Part shown: positions 38,062-48,600 of the stretch, in pieces
Layout: each line of letters starts with the position of its first letter
Numbering within the stretch: position 1 is the stretch's first letter
Virus record (IMG/VR): IMGVR_UViG_3300030117_005585
Coordinates: 1 to 64,000 of that record
DNA from: a virus
Length of the DNA: 64,000 bases
Reading direction: 5' to 3' (one strand)
Translations under genes and position numbers: made by a program
Notes under the pieces: generated by a model
Seen by the model: only the letters and a program-made list of their open reading frames with translations
Databases searched by the model: none
What the model was told of the DNA's origin: nothing

Positions 38062-41000
38062 TTATCTCCTACCTCTACGACCTCTTCTTTTTTTCTTTCT
38101 AGTTTTCTTTCTTTTTCTATTTATCTTACTTCCTAAGTCACGCGCAGATGTATCACTGCGACCTGCAACACCAGGTAATATAGTTGGCGTAATTCTACCT
38201 GACATTCCTTTTACTTTTGGTTTTCTTTTCTTCTTTCTCTTTTTAATCCTTTTCTTTTTTCTGAAGTCATTGATAGTTTCTTCTAACTCACTTTGATTTA
38301 GAGGACGACCAAGAGATTCTTGAGCCTGCTTAATAGCAGCATCAGGTGAAGCTGGTACTCTTTTAATCTTATCACGTGTTCCTTTTTTACGTTTTCGTTT
38401 AAATTTAGCAACAATTCCTTCACCAGTATCTAATGTGGATTCACCTTCATCTTTTTGTACTAGTTTCGTAGGTGCTACTCTTGTTACCTCAACAGGTGGG
38501 CCGCCATCTTGTGTGGTTTTAAGTGTATTTTTAACTCCAGCGTAATATGAATTAAATCTTGCTTGACATTGTTCTACTAAATTGTCTATATCAACATTAA
38601 AGAATGAAGATGAGTTTGCTAATCCTAAAGATGCACTTGCTTGTGTACTAAAAAATTTCATTATCTTTTGATTATTACCGTAAATTCTAGACCCACTAAT
38701 AACTGGTTGTAGAACTTCTTTATAGTGTACATCATCCCCAAATGTAACCGAACCTGATACATAATCACCTGGTTGTTTCAAATTTTGCCAAAAAGGTATA
38801 TCGAGAAATCTATCTTTAATCTCAGAACCAGATGCTTCCTTTGTTAAATATTCTCCACTTGATGATAGAACAGAAGAGCCTGTCTCATAACTAAACATAT
38901 CAACTCTACCAGTCCACTGTTCGTAATCAGTAATTGATAATCCCGCATTGAAAGAAGCAGTAACAACTATTTGAGAGTCTACATCTATCGACTCACTAAA
39001 ATATGGTTGAGTAAAAACAGGATCTCTTCCAATAATTACTTTTGGTCTTTCAAAAATATTTGGTTCAACAAGAATACCCAAATTAGGTTTGGCTCTTGCC
39101 GGTATCATCTTTCTAACTTGTGGAAACAATGATTGGTCATAATACTTTAGTAGTCTTATATAATCCCAAAAATTATTTGGAGATGTATATTTTTGCCAGT
39201 AGTTATCGGCTACATTTTTTAAACCACGATAATCTTGTTCAGTTTTGTCTCTTGGGTCTCCTAAGAAATTATCAAAATTAAGATTTGCAACAGAATTTAT
39301 GATATCATTATTTATGACATCTGTTGGAGCAAAGAAAACACCAACCTTATTTGAGTCATTTGGGGCTGTATCGTAAGCACTTATTGTTGCTCTTTTGTCA
39401 GCATTTAAATTGAAACCTGGCCTTAGTTTATTAGACTCCACCCTAATTTTATTTGTAACTCTTCTCAAAGCACCAATACTTGGTATGTTTGTTTTTGTCT
39501 CATCTGTTATTGCTCTAAAAAAGTTGCCTGTAAATCCATCATGAGAACCTGAGTATGTAGTGGTTTGATTTGCACTTACATCACGAATACCATCTGTATC
39601 GGTGTTTAAATCTTTATTATCATCAAATGAATATCTCAATACTAAATTATTATAGGAAGATGATATTGTATTACCATCAAAAGCTTTAGGATTACCAATG
39701 TGATTTCTAAATGAGCCAGTATTTAATGTTTCTGTCCAATGCCTGTATTCCATTATCGAACCACTAAACTGAACACCTACTAATGGGTCATCTGCTTGAC
39801 CACCTATGTAGATTTCACCAGGTGTGGCGTAGGCACCTATGTAAGATGAAGAAGCAGCAACATTTAAATCCATTACTGAAGTGGAGAATTTGTCTATTTT
39901 ACTTCTTCCAGCATCATAATGTCCAACATGCAATTCAATCGATTGTGATATACCTAATGTCGAATCAGAACCAGACATTCTTCTTACCATTACAGAATAA
40001 AAATCACCATCATACACAGGAAAATTAGAAGAAGATATTTCCTTCAATCCATCAGAACCACTCAGTTGAAAAGCAACATGCCCAAAATTATCATCAGAAT
40101 CATTGTCTTTAAGTCTAATGTAAAAACTTGAGGACACATTAGGGCTGGTTGGTTCCTTTTCTACTAATATCTGATTTGAGCCGGTAGCAGCTCTAAATCT
40201 CAATTCAATAGTATCTGGCGTTCTATTAGAAGAATCATCAGTAGTCCAAATAGTTTTCACAAACTGACTATTTCTAAAATCTAGTGCTCTTGTAAACTTT
40301 CTGGCAATCTCAAACTGTGGTGTAGCATCGTCTGGTAAATCAGGACCACCGTATTCTTTGACTCTTAATATTGTTGATGGTATACCATAGGCACTTATCA
40401 AACCTTTTATAGCCCTTACACTTCCTTTATTCTTCAGGAAGAAAGGCATATTATTAATAATACGACTCCAAATTTCTCTTGATACGTCTCTTTCAGATGT
40501 AGTTGAATAATCGTTGTATGCTGAACCTGTCACCTCTTTACCTAAAGCATACTTTGATAAAGAAATCATATCCTTACCATCATTGAGTTCCCACCCAAGG
40601 GATTGACCAACACTTTTCAGTAAGTCTCGCGATATACCCTCTGTGAGTTTTTCCCTTCTATCAAAGACATCGGTTAAACCTTTTATATATACCCAAACAT
40701 TGTCGAAGTGGTGTGCTATCATATCAACTAAAGTTAAGTAAGTCTTATTCGAAACATCATTTCTGATATGTAATGGAATAATATTACTTAACTTATTAAA
40801 GTTTTCTAAATCGTATAATGAACCACTTTGCATCTGTTCCCCAAACCAACTTACAGCTTGAGAAGAAGTCGCGTGTGCCAAAATGTACGGATCGGTTATT
40901 GTGCCTGAACCACCTGTTTTTGGCCAAGCATTATCGTAAAACTCTCCTAAAGAACTTGTAACAAAAGAAGAACTTTTGTAATACATATAATTTTCGAAAG

Positions 41001-44000
41001 GGTCGAAATTATTCTTCACATCTTTTATTTCATTGTGATAAAAATTCAAATCGGATTGTGAACCACTTATTCCTATATAGGAGGAACTAACTATTTTTAA
41101 TGATTCAATTTGTTCTACTTTAAATTTAAAATTGGATATTCTTTTTTCAGCAGAACTAAAGTTTATAAAATTTTCGAATCTTGTAAAATCTACATTCAAT
41201 TCAACACTATCCAAACTTTGACTTAAAAATTCATTCTGTAGTTCATTTGATATAAATGCATCTTCAGATAATATATCACCTTCGGTTTTGTAATCAGTTG
41301 TTCTGACTTGAATAGGACTTTCAACATTCATCAAATCAGGATCTCTAAGAACAATATCACCCACTTCGGTGTCTATGAAATCAACGATTTCTACATTTTC
41401 AATTACAGGATCTGCCATTTCTTTCACAACTGTACATTCACTAAGCGGTGATATATCAGACGGTAATGCCTCATACATTTTATAAGTTACAGAGTAAGGA
41501 TATGGATTGCTTGTTACATCTTTTTTGAAGTTAGTCGTTAAAAAAGTTCTATTTCCAAATTTGAGATAAGTTCTTAAATCATATGGATTATACACCAAAT
41601 AAGAAATTTCAAAATTTGAATAATCTATTGGCTGATCACCTTCAACAAGATATTGCTGACCATCCTCCGTAGTTAGGGCATTTGCTGCCTCTTCATATGA
41701 ACGATTTATATCTATACGATTACCATTGTGATGAATATTTCTTATCTGTGCTGTGAACGGTTTGTAAATAGGTGTTTGTGTTTCTTGTGAATTCAATGTA
41801 ATATCGGCAAAGATATTATCAACCCAAGTAACACCATATGCTGTATCGGGTGTTAAACTGTCATCCCATACATTGTGTCCATTAATTTTCAAAAACCAAG
41901 GTGCAGAAAGATTCCAATCCTCAGGAATCTCTATTGCAGTTTCATAAGAAGCCCAGCCACCAGCAGTTGTTGCATAATAGGGTTCAACAATCGTACTATA
42001 GCTGTATACAGGTGCTCCCTCTAATGAGTTCCATTCCGCATTGTCTCCATCCCACCGCCATTGATTTTGTGGACTTAAAGCTCCATCTTTGTAAGGATCG
42101 GGATCGAAAGAAAGTATCTCAGTGCCATCGTCATATACTGCATTAGGATTATAGTTGTCAGCAGCTGGATTTCTAGGCCCAAATATTAAATCTGCTCCAC
42201 CAGTATCAACTTCACCTGCACCAAATGCGAAAGAAGTGACAGCTTTTTGACTACGCACTCCATCTTGTCTGGCATCATTGTTCATTTTGTAGTATGTATC
42301 ACCTATTATACAAGACCATACTGTAAAATGCCCACCATATATATCTCTTGAAAACGCAACATCCCATTCAGATGGTAAACCAGAAAATCCGTCTACCGCA
42401 AAATTTGCTGGGTAATCCTCATCAAAGAATGTACCACCACTACCTTCTTCAAAAAAGTCTCCATCTCCGTCACCCATTCTCCAAAACTGATTAGTACCTT
42501 TTATAGCAAAATAATGTTGAAATTTGCCTCCAGATCCACCTTTCTTTTGAAGCATAACTTCAAATTCACCACCATTACTATTTAATATATTATTAAAATC
42601 TTGATCTAGATCTATCCACTTTTTTAGTCCATCGTCATTTCCACCACCGCCTATTTCAGGAGAAAATTGTTCAACCATAAATGCTCTATTACAATCATCT
42701 TCACCTGAACCATTGGTGTAAAATACTATGAAAAAACCTACACGAATTGCGTTACTACCAGTTTTTCTTGTTCTTGTTATACTTTGTATTCTTCCATTTT
42801 CAAAAATATCATCGTAAAGTGTTTTGCCTGTGTCCTCAACTATAAAATTTCTAACAGCTGGAAAAAAATCATCAAATTTGTAAACTTCAACATCATTAGC
42901 ATTAGCAGTAAATGATTCTTTTAGTATCCAAATCAAGTCATCTTTAATCAACATAATTTTGTCTTGTGATCCTCCCGGATCCTCCTTTGATATTATCGTA
43001 CCAGTTTGCCATCCAGCATTTTCACCTGGTCTGGTGTTTCTTTGATAGATTGGCTCACCTTGTCCAGGAAACTGATACGGATGTGCATTAGCAACATTGT
43101 TATAATCATCGGGATTAACAGTACCAACAGGTGCACCTGGCGCTGAACCAGCAACAGTTGTATTCCAAGTACCAGCACCATCCCATCTCCATTCACCGCC
43201 AGGACTTAATTCACCTTGCTTTGTATATTCAGGACCTAAGTTTGGTTTCCATTGATATATTGTACCTGATTTGCTTTCGATTATCCACGCACCCTCCCCT
43301 ATTCTAGTGGTTTCAGTGGTGTCACCCACCTCACCAACAAAAAAGTCTAAATTGTATTGATTTAATATCTGAGCTTGTCTAGCTGGTGGCTGTGGTTCGA
43401 TAGTCTGTGCATTTCCACTCGTATTAGCTAAGTAGCCATTAGGTGTTGGCGGCACTGCTTCTGTTGGCTCTACAGGATTGAAGGGATCGAAGTATCCTTC
43501 AGGTGGAGCAGTTGGTTTTGGTTCATTGAATATGCCAAGTGGATATATTAACTCCATACTAACACCTTTACCGATAAGAGTGCTCTTCATATCAAATTCA
43601 ATATTTATTTCATCTCCTGCACTAGCTCCAAGCGATTGTAGTTCTAATATTTCCTGCTTGACAGATAATTCTCTATGCCCATCGGTTACAGGCCAAGACT
43701 CATAATCTACGAATACATTATTTTGGTCAATAAATTTAAGACAGTTTCCTCCTTGATTTCCTTCATTCCTAACAAACTTTGCATGATATCCTATACCAGA
43801 ACTCCCAGCATGAACGGTATCGGTTAAACCATTGTAGCCAGAAGTCCAATTTATTAATTTTATAGCATCACTGTGTAGACTTGAATCCCACGCCGCTTCT
43901 ATTATTGCAGGCTGACCAGTATTTGTATCAACCTCTATATCTTCAAAAGTATCATTTGAAATTATATTTAAATCAGTTCTTACTGTTTGTGTCTGATATC

Positions 44001-44823
44001 CCATTAGAAAAGCATCTGGTAAAGTAATCGTACCGCCAATCATATTATTAGTGAAAACAAAACCACCAGGTGCTGATGCTATTTCTAAAGTTTTAGAAGT
44101 GTTGTAATTTGTAGGTGGTGGTCCTGTTCCGGCATTGAAACCAGGTATAGAGGATGGGTCTTGATAAACTTCTTTAAATGATATACCCTCATCTATATAT
44201 TCTATTCTTGTTGATTCCTGTAATTTTTGAAAATCGGTTATATATTGATGTCCGTCAGCCCCACCAAGAAAAGAATCCTCAATGTTTTTAGCTCTTAACC
44301 TTACTTCTGTTCTAGAATTAGATACAGCATCGATTATATACTTGTAGTCGGTTATAAGTAGAGTTTCAGCAATATCAGGATTTGCGTTGTATTCTTCTTC
44401 CGTTCCTTTGAAAATTTTACCAGTATTATCGATAAATATATTTGATGCATCTTGATTCAATATGTATATTTCATCTTCAAAACCAGGCTTTGTTCTAAGT
44501 AATACAGGCTTTTCTCTACCACCTAATTCCCTTAAAAATCTGTATCTTATCTGAAATGTTCCTGTTTCAAAACCAAAATTTTCTTTTAAATTTTTTGCAG
44601 GTTTTAATTTTACAAAAACATCCTCTGTTTCTGCAAAAGCATCGGCAATACTTAAATCCTGATATTCAATAAAGTTACCACCGCTATCATACAACTCTAT
44701 CAATACTTTATCTTTTGTAGGATTAGCACCCCAATTACCATTCTCATATGGCTTATTGCCCACTCTTTTTGTGATTCCACGAAGTAATCTTTCTCTATCT
44801 GCTGGTTTTAAAGCACTGGACAT
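38062..44823 (-). CDS. Very large baseplate/virion structural protein with LamG-like region and Arg/Lys-rich C-terminal tail
   Basis: KNKGSVRAIKGLISAYGIP (baseplate-wedge-like) and TIELRFR...FSGSIMEYRHW (LamG-like). C-terminus ...RKKKRRGRRGRR. Confidence 0.65.
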   Translation of the reverse strand: MSSALKPADRERLLRGITKRVGNKPYENGNWGANPTKDKVLIELYDSGGNFIEYQDLSIADAFAETEDVFVKLKPAKNLKENFGFETGTFQIRYRFLRELGGREKPVLLRTKPGFEDEIYILNQDASNIFIDNTGKIFKGTEEEYNANPDIAETLLITDYKYIIDAVSNSRTEVRLRAKNIEDSFLGGADGHQYITDFQKLQESTRIEYIDEGISFKEVYQDPSSIPGFNAGTGPPPTNYNTSKTLEIASAPGGFVFTNNMIGGTITLPDAFLMGYQTQTVRTDLNIISNDTFEDIEVDTNTGQPAIIEAAWDSSLHSDAIKLINWTSGYNGLTDTVHAGSSGIGYHAKFVRNEGNQGGNCLKFIDQNNVFVDYESWPVTDGHRELSVKQEILELQSLGASAGDEINIEFDMKSTLIGKGVSMELIYPLGIFNEPKPTAPPEGYFDPFNPVEPTEAVPPTPNGYLANTSGNAQTIEPQPPARQAQILNQYNLDFFVGEVGDTTETTRIGEGAWIIESKSGTIYQWKPNLGPEYTKQGELSPGGEWRWDGAGTWNTTVAGSAPGAPVGTVNPDDYNNVANAHPYQFPGQGEPIYQRNTRPGENAGWQTGTIISKEDPGGSQDKIMLIKDDLIWILKESFTANANDVEVYKFDDFFPAVRNFIVEDTGKTLYDDIFENGRIQSITRTRKTGSNAIRVGFFIVFYTNGSGEDDCNRAFMVEQFSPEIGGGGNDDGLKKWIDLDQDFNNILNSNGGEFEVMLQKKGGSGGKFQHYFAIKGTNQFWRMGDGDGDFFEEGSGGTFFDEDYPANFAVDGFSGLPSEWDVAFSRDIYGGHFTVWSCIIGDTYYKMNNDARQDGVRSQKAVTSFAFGAGEVDTGGADLIFGPRNPAADNYNPNAVYDDGTEILSFDPDPYKDGALSPQNQWRWDGDNAEWNSLEGAPVYSYSTIVEPYYATTAGGWASYETAIEIPEDWNLSAPWFLKINGHNVWDDSLTPDTAYGVTWVDNIFADITLNSQETQTPIYKPFTAQIRNIHHNGNRIDINRSYEEAANALTTEDGQQYLVEGDQPIDYSNFEISYLVYNPYDLRTYLKFGNRTFLTTNFKKDVTSNPYPYSVTYKMYEALPSDISPLSECTVVKEMADPVIENVEIVDFIDTEVGDIVLRDPDLMNVESPIQVRTTDYKTEGDILSEDAFISNELQNEFLSQSLDSVELNVDFTRFENFINFSSAEKRISNFKFKVEQIESLKIVSSSYIGISGSQSDLNFYHNEIKDVKNNFDPFENYMYYKSSSFVTSSLGEFYDNAWPKTGGSGTITDPYILAHATSSQAVSWFGEQMQSGSLYDLENFNKLSNIIPLHIRNDVSNKTYLTLVDMIAHHFDNVWVYIKGLTDVFDRREKLTEGISRDLLKSVGQSLGWELNDGKDMISLSKYALGKEVTGSAYNDYSTTSERDVSREIWSRIINNMPFFLKNKGSVRAIKGLISAYGIPSTILRVKEYGGPDLPDDATPQFEIARKFTRALDFRNSQFVKTIWTTDDSSNRTPDTIELRFRAATGSNQILVEKEPTSPNVSSSFYIRLKDNDSDDNFGHVAFQLSGSDGLKEISSSNFPVYDGDFYSVMVRRMSGSDSTLGISQSIELHVGHYDAGRSKIDKFSTSVMDLNVAASSSYIGAYATPGEIYIGGQADDPLVGVQFSGSIMEYRHWTETLNTGSFRNHIGNPKAFDGNTISSSYNNLVLRYSFDDNKDLNTDTDGIRDVSANQTTTYSGSHDGFTGNFFRAITDETKTNIPSIGALRRVTNKIRVESNKLRPGFNLNADKRATISAYDTAPNDSNKVGVFFAPTDVINNDIINSVANLNFDNFLGDPRDKTEQDYRGLKNVADNYWQKYTSPNNFWDYIRLLKYYDQSLFPQVRKMIPARAKPNLGILVEPNIFERPKVIIGRDPVFTQPYFSESIDVDSQIVVTASFNAGLSITDYEQWTGRVDMFSYETGSSVLSSSGEYLTKEASGSEIKDRFLDIPFWQNLKQPGDYVSGSVTFGDDVHYKEVLQPVISGSRIYGNNQKIMKFFSTQASASLGLANSSSFFNVDIDNLVEQCQARFNSYYAGVKNTLKTTQDGGPPVEVTRVAPTKLVQKDEGESTLDTGEGIVAKFKRKRKKGTRDKIKRVPASPDAAIKQAQESLGRPLNQSELEETINDFRKKKRIKKRKKKRKPKVKGMSGRITPTILPGVAGRSDTSARDLGSKINRKRKKTRKKKRRGRRGRR

Positions 44824-45128
44824 TATAGCTCTCTTATATCTCTATCTATTATCTGATTTATTGTATCATCATCTTTTAATTGTTCCACAACAGTAGTGGC
44901 AAATAAAGTGGTTGTTTCATCATCATACAACTCCCCTGTGTAAGGATTTTCAAAAAGTTTTATAGTACCGCTTTCGTCTCTAGTAATTAAACTACCATCA
45001 TATGCTGAACCCGATACCGATATCTTTGTCTTTAGCCTTTCTATTTGTGTTAAATACTGCTGTTCATCTTCATCGATAAGATTTTGATAAAATGTATTGT
45101 TTTTAAGTTCTTCTTTTGTGTATGGCAT
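44823..45128 (-). CDS. Hypothetical protein (structural operon)
   Basis: 101-aa ORF translationally coupled on both sides. Confidence 0.6.
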   Translation of the reverse strand: MPYTKEELKNNTFYQNLIDEDEQQYLTQIERLKTKISVSGSAYDGSLITRDESGTIKLFENPYTGELYDDETTTLFATTVVEQLKDDDTINQIIDRDIREL

Positions 45129-45430
45129 TAATCCATCTCCCTACCGAAAAAATCATAATTTAGTTTTATGTACTTTTCCCACTCAGCCGGAACCTCTGAT
45201 TCTTCATAAATTGCTTCTACTGGACATTCGGGTTCACAAGCAGCACAATCTATACATTCATCAGGATCAATGTAAAGTGAATCGGTTTCCTTTGGGATAA
45301 AACCATCTGCTTTTGCCTCTTCACCTGAACCCTCTTTATCATAAGGCCCGTGAATACAATCTACTGGACAAACCTCAACACAAGCAGTATCGCAAGTTCC
45401 TACACATGGTTCTACTATTATATATGGCAT
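45128..45430 (-). CDS. Dicluster ferredoxin (FdxA-type)
   Basis: CVGTCDTACVEVCPVDCIH and IDPDECIDCAACEPECPVEAI...VP.EW. Confidence 0.93.
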   Translation of the reverse strand: MPYIIVEPCVGTCDTACVEVCPVDCIHGPYDKEGSGEEAKADGFIPKETDSLYIDPDECIDCAACEPECPVEAIYEESEVPAEWEKYIKLNYDFFGREMD

Positions 45431-45432
45431 TT

Positions 45433-46590
45433 TTATCTCACTACTTTAAATGAAAAATCATCATCGAAGTATTGTACAGTTTCTTCATCTGTATTACTTC
45501 CACTTACAACCTTAAATTCAAATTTATAATATCTTTCTGCTTGTAATCCATCTAACCATAGATTGAAGTAATTACCTGTAGAATCACAGCTAACTAAAGA
45601 GCCAGTTCCAAATGGTATTATTACATCGCCTGTTTGGTCGTCCAATACTGAGTAATAAACACCATCACCACCAATTCTGTCTATACTACCACTTGGTAGG
45701 TATTTGACTGTGAGATATTCAGAAGAAGTATTTGAATATGATTTAGCTGGGTATCTTTCTCTACCAACCACTCTAAATCTAACTCTTGACTTTTCTTTGT
45801 ATTCAGGTCTTAAACTTTTCATATAAAATTGTAAATCTTCGATATCGGTTGATGATAGTGATTCGAGAGAGCCTGTGCTCCATTTTGTGTCAAACCATTC
45901 AACTTCTAATTTTGGTGGATATATAGTGTTTGTTTGTCTTGAGAAAAATTTGAAATTACCTAAATGGTCGGTATTTCCCTCTTCACCAGAACCACTTCTT
46001 ACTGTTACACCATTATCTGTCACTTTAATACTTCCACTTCTTCTAACTATAAATCCTTCATTGGTGTAAGTTTCATCTAACCACTTATTTACAATTGGTG
46101 TGACATCCATTCTCATATCACCAGTTGACCAAAAGAAAGACTGTGATGCGTAAACTTCATCATGCCAAGTCCCACCTTGTTCATTAGTGAAAGATGAAGA
46201 AGCCGGATCCCAAAAGTCTTCTTCTTCAATTCCTGTTTTGTAAGCCCAACTAGCACCTTGTGTTGTAGTTGGATTATCCATATCAAATCCCTCTCCCTCA
46301 ACCCAACTTTGACTTACAGGCCAAGCCCATAAAGATTGACTGTATGATAAATCAGTAGGATTAGCATCGTACATATTGAGATAAAATTTAGGATTCACAA
46401 TCTGTCCTCTAACAATTGATTGTGAAATGTAAGATAAATCGAATTTTATGAGTATACGAGAAACTTTTATATTAGTTCCATCGCTTTTCATATTTTTTTG
46501 TACTTCTAATATTTCATCCAAACCTGTATTTTTACTACTTGAGGCTTGATATAAAGTTGTATCTATGTCTGGAAAAATAAAATAATGCAT
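45433..46590 (-). CDS. Virion structural protein (DNRLRE-like beta-sandwich)
   Basis: DTTLY...GLDEILE...SRILIKFD...W.EG.G...N.GFIV...FFSR..NTIYPPKLE. Confidence 0.55.
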   Translation of the reverse strand: MHYFIFPDIDTTLYQASSSKNTGLDEILEVQKNMKSDGTNIKVSRILIKFDLSYISQSIVRGQIVNPKFYLNMYDANPTDLSYSQSLWAWPVSQSWVEGEGFDMDNPTTTQGASWAYKTGIEEEDFWDPASSSFTNEQGGTWHDEVYASQSFFWSTGDMRMDVTPIVNKWLDETYTNEGFIVRRSGSIKVTDNGVTVRSGSGEEGNTDHLGNFKFFSRQTNTIYPPKLEVEWFDTKWSTGSLESLSSTDIEDLQFYMKSLRPEYKEKSRVRFRVVGRERYPAKSYSNTSSEYLTVKYLPSGSIDRIGGDGVYYSVLDDQTGDVIIPFGTGSLVSCDSTGNYFNLWLDGLQAERYYKFEFKVVSGSNTDEETVQYFDDDFSFKVVR

Positions 46591-48587
46591 TAGTAACTAC
46601 CTCCGGCAGAGCCACCACTATTAGTGTCGCCTACACATTTACCTTCAATATCAATTGATGGAAATTTTAGTTCGAAACAACTCGGATCCATAGATGGGTA
46701 AACAACACCACCTTTGGTGGCACTCTTTATGTCATACAAATTTCCTGAATATCCTTCCGCACGATTGAATTTGTTTACAATCTGAACGGGTGGTCTGTCT
46801 TGTGAACTTGTTTCTTCATCAACATCATCAGGTGGAACAACTGCTGCTACACCATCAACTAAAGATATCTGATAAGCTAAATCCGATAGAACTATTGGTT
46901 GTCCTATTTGCCACTTATCAGTATCAAAGAATTCTCTAACTTTTTGTACTGACTGTAGGACAACTTGTTCCTTATTATAACCTGATTTAGCTAGTAAATT
47001 GAACTTGACACCTACATTAATAACATAGGCGTCTTTAATATTAACAGCGTCTGTAATCATTCTAAACTGTGTTAGATAAGTTTGAATGTTTTCTTTGACT
47101 GCTTGATTAACCTGAGTTAATTGTTTACCCGCATCATACCCTAAGACATATAGGTTTAATGCTAAGGGATTTTCTACTCTCACCCTGTTACCAGGCAAAG
47201 TGAATGTATTAGCAGGCCCTTGGTCTATCTGAGAGTCTTGTACGATATATGCTTTAGCAATATTACCATACTTAGGTGGTAGGGCGTAGACTCTAGTTAT
47301 ATAGTCGGCTTTAGTTACTGCTCTTGATTGTGCTTGAAAGTAAGATAGTGTATTCTGTTTTACTTCTCCAACACTTTCCGCACCTTTACCACCGGATGTT
47401 GGATTTGGATTTATGACCGCTATAGAGTCTTTTACAGTGTTTACCAATGCTGAATCTAGTCCAACCTCATTCAATGAAATGGTTTGATTAGTTATCGAAG
47501 TTATTGAATTTGAATTTACATTATGATTAACACCACCACCATATCTGTATGTAATTACAAGTGTAGTATTCGATGGTGCTTGACCATATGTTCTAGTGTT
47601 CAAAAAGTTAGAAGGGTCGAAAGCCGTTCCTAAGTATGTTGGTGAGCCTGGCAAAGTTGAACCAACTGAGTCAGGATTAGGAACTAACTCTTCATCTGGA
47701 CTATCTGATATTCCAGCTCCAAATCTCAATTCTGTTCTATTATCTGTTCTGACATAGCATGTGAATCTACGTGCAGTTTTCAAAAGTTTTAACAAATACG
47801 GTGCTTGGTCTTTGTACTGAAAGTCATCATTACCTTCTGTATTTAAATTTTCAACATCTGTATACACAGTGTCTTGTGCTAAAAAAGGAACTTCGTACCA
47901 ACTATTACCGTCATCATCTGTACAACTTATTATTTCAGTAACATTTGAGTTAGCTAAAGCAATTCTAGTATATTTTTCAGAATCACCAAATGAAAATCTT
48001 TCGGTTGCAACTTCACCACTTTCTATTTTTGCAACCTTTTTAAGTAAGTATGTTACAGGTGTATTTCCAGAACTTTCATATACTGTTTTTGACATTGGGT
48101 CATATGAGCTTGAAAATTTAAAATTAACATCGCTTGTTGTTCTAAATGTAATACCCGTTTGGGAAGCTAATTGCATACCAGCGTCAATTTTCATAGCATA
48201 ATTTAAGTTTGGAAAAACTTTGTAATCCGCACCTGTTCCCGAAGATGCTGCTGGTACAAGTTGCATGACTTCAACTTCACCAAAAGATGGAGTTGCTAAT
48301 TTAGGTTTATATCCGAAAGACTGAGCCATATTGTATACGGTTCTTTTTTCTTCTGCAAAAGCCAGTAAAGACTCTTTAAATTGATTATCTATATAGTATG
48401 AAAGAACATCACCGACATAACTAGCCATTTCAATAAACATCATACCTGGCGAAGCCTCATTAAAATCATTGTATGTATTTGGAAAGTAAACTTTCGCAAA
48501 CTCTATTAAGTTGGATTTGAATGAACTAAAGTCTTTATTTAAATATCTGACTTCTTTTTTGGATGTTTTTGGTACATTGTACGGCAT
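46590..48587 (-). CDS. Baseplate wedge subunit (gp6/baseplate J-like)
   Basis: YLNKDFSSFK, DFNEASPGMMFIEMASYVGDVLSYY, LRFGAG, GG...ES...K and QSRAVTKADY. Confidence 0.88.
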   Translation of the reverse strand: MPYNVPKTSKKEVRYLNKDFSSFKSNLIEFAKVYFPNTYNDFNEASPGMMFIEMASYVGDVLSYYIDNQFKESLLAFAEEKRTVYNMAQSFGYKPKLATPSFGEVEVMQLVPAASSGTGADYKVFPNLNYAMKIDAGMQLASQTGITFRTTSDVNFKFSSSYDPMSKTVYESSGNTPVTYLLKKVAKIESGEVATERFSFGDSEKYTRIALANSNVTEIISCTDDDGNSWYEVPFLAQDTVYTDVENLNTEGNDDFQYKDQAPYLLKLLKTARRFTCYVRTDNRTELRFGAGISDSPDEELVPNPDSVGSTLPGSPTYLGTAFDPSNFLNTRTYGQAPSNTTLVITYRYGGGVNHNVNSNSITSITNQTISLNEVGLDSALVNTVKDSIAVINPNPTSGGKGAESVGEVKQNTLSYFQAQSRAVTKADYITRVYALPPKYGNIAKAYIVQDSQIDQGPANTFTLPGNRVRVENPLALNLYVLGYDAGKQLTQVNQAVKENIQTYLTQFRMITDAVNIKDAYVINVGVKFNLLAKSGYNKEQVVLQSVQKVREFFDTDKWQIGQPIVLSDLAYQISLVDGVAAVVPPDDVDEETSSQDRPPVQIVNKFNRAEGYSGNLYDIKSATKGGVVYPSMDPSCFELKFPSIDIEGKCVGDTNSGGSAGGSY

Positions 48588-48600
48588 AGAATTTCTCCGA

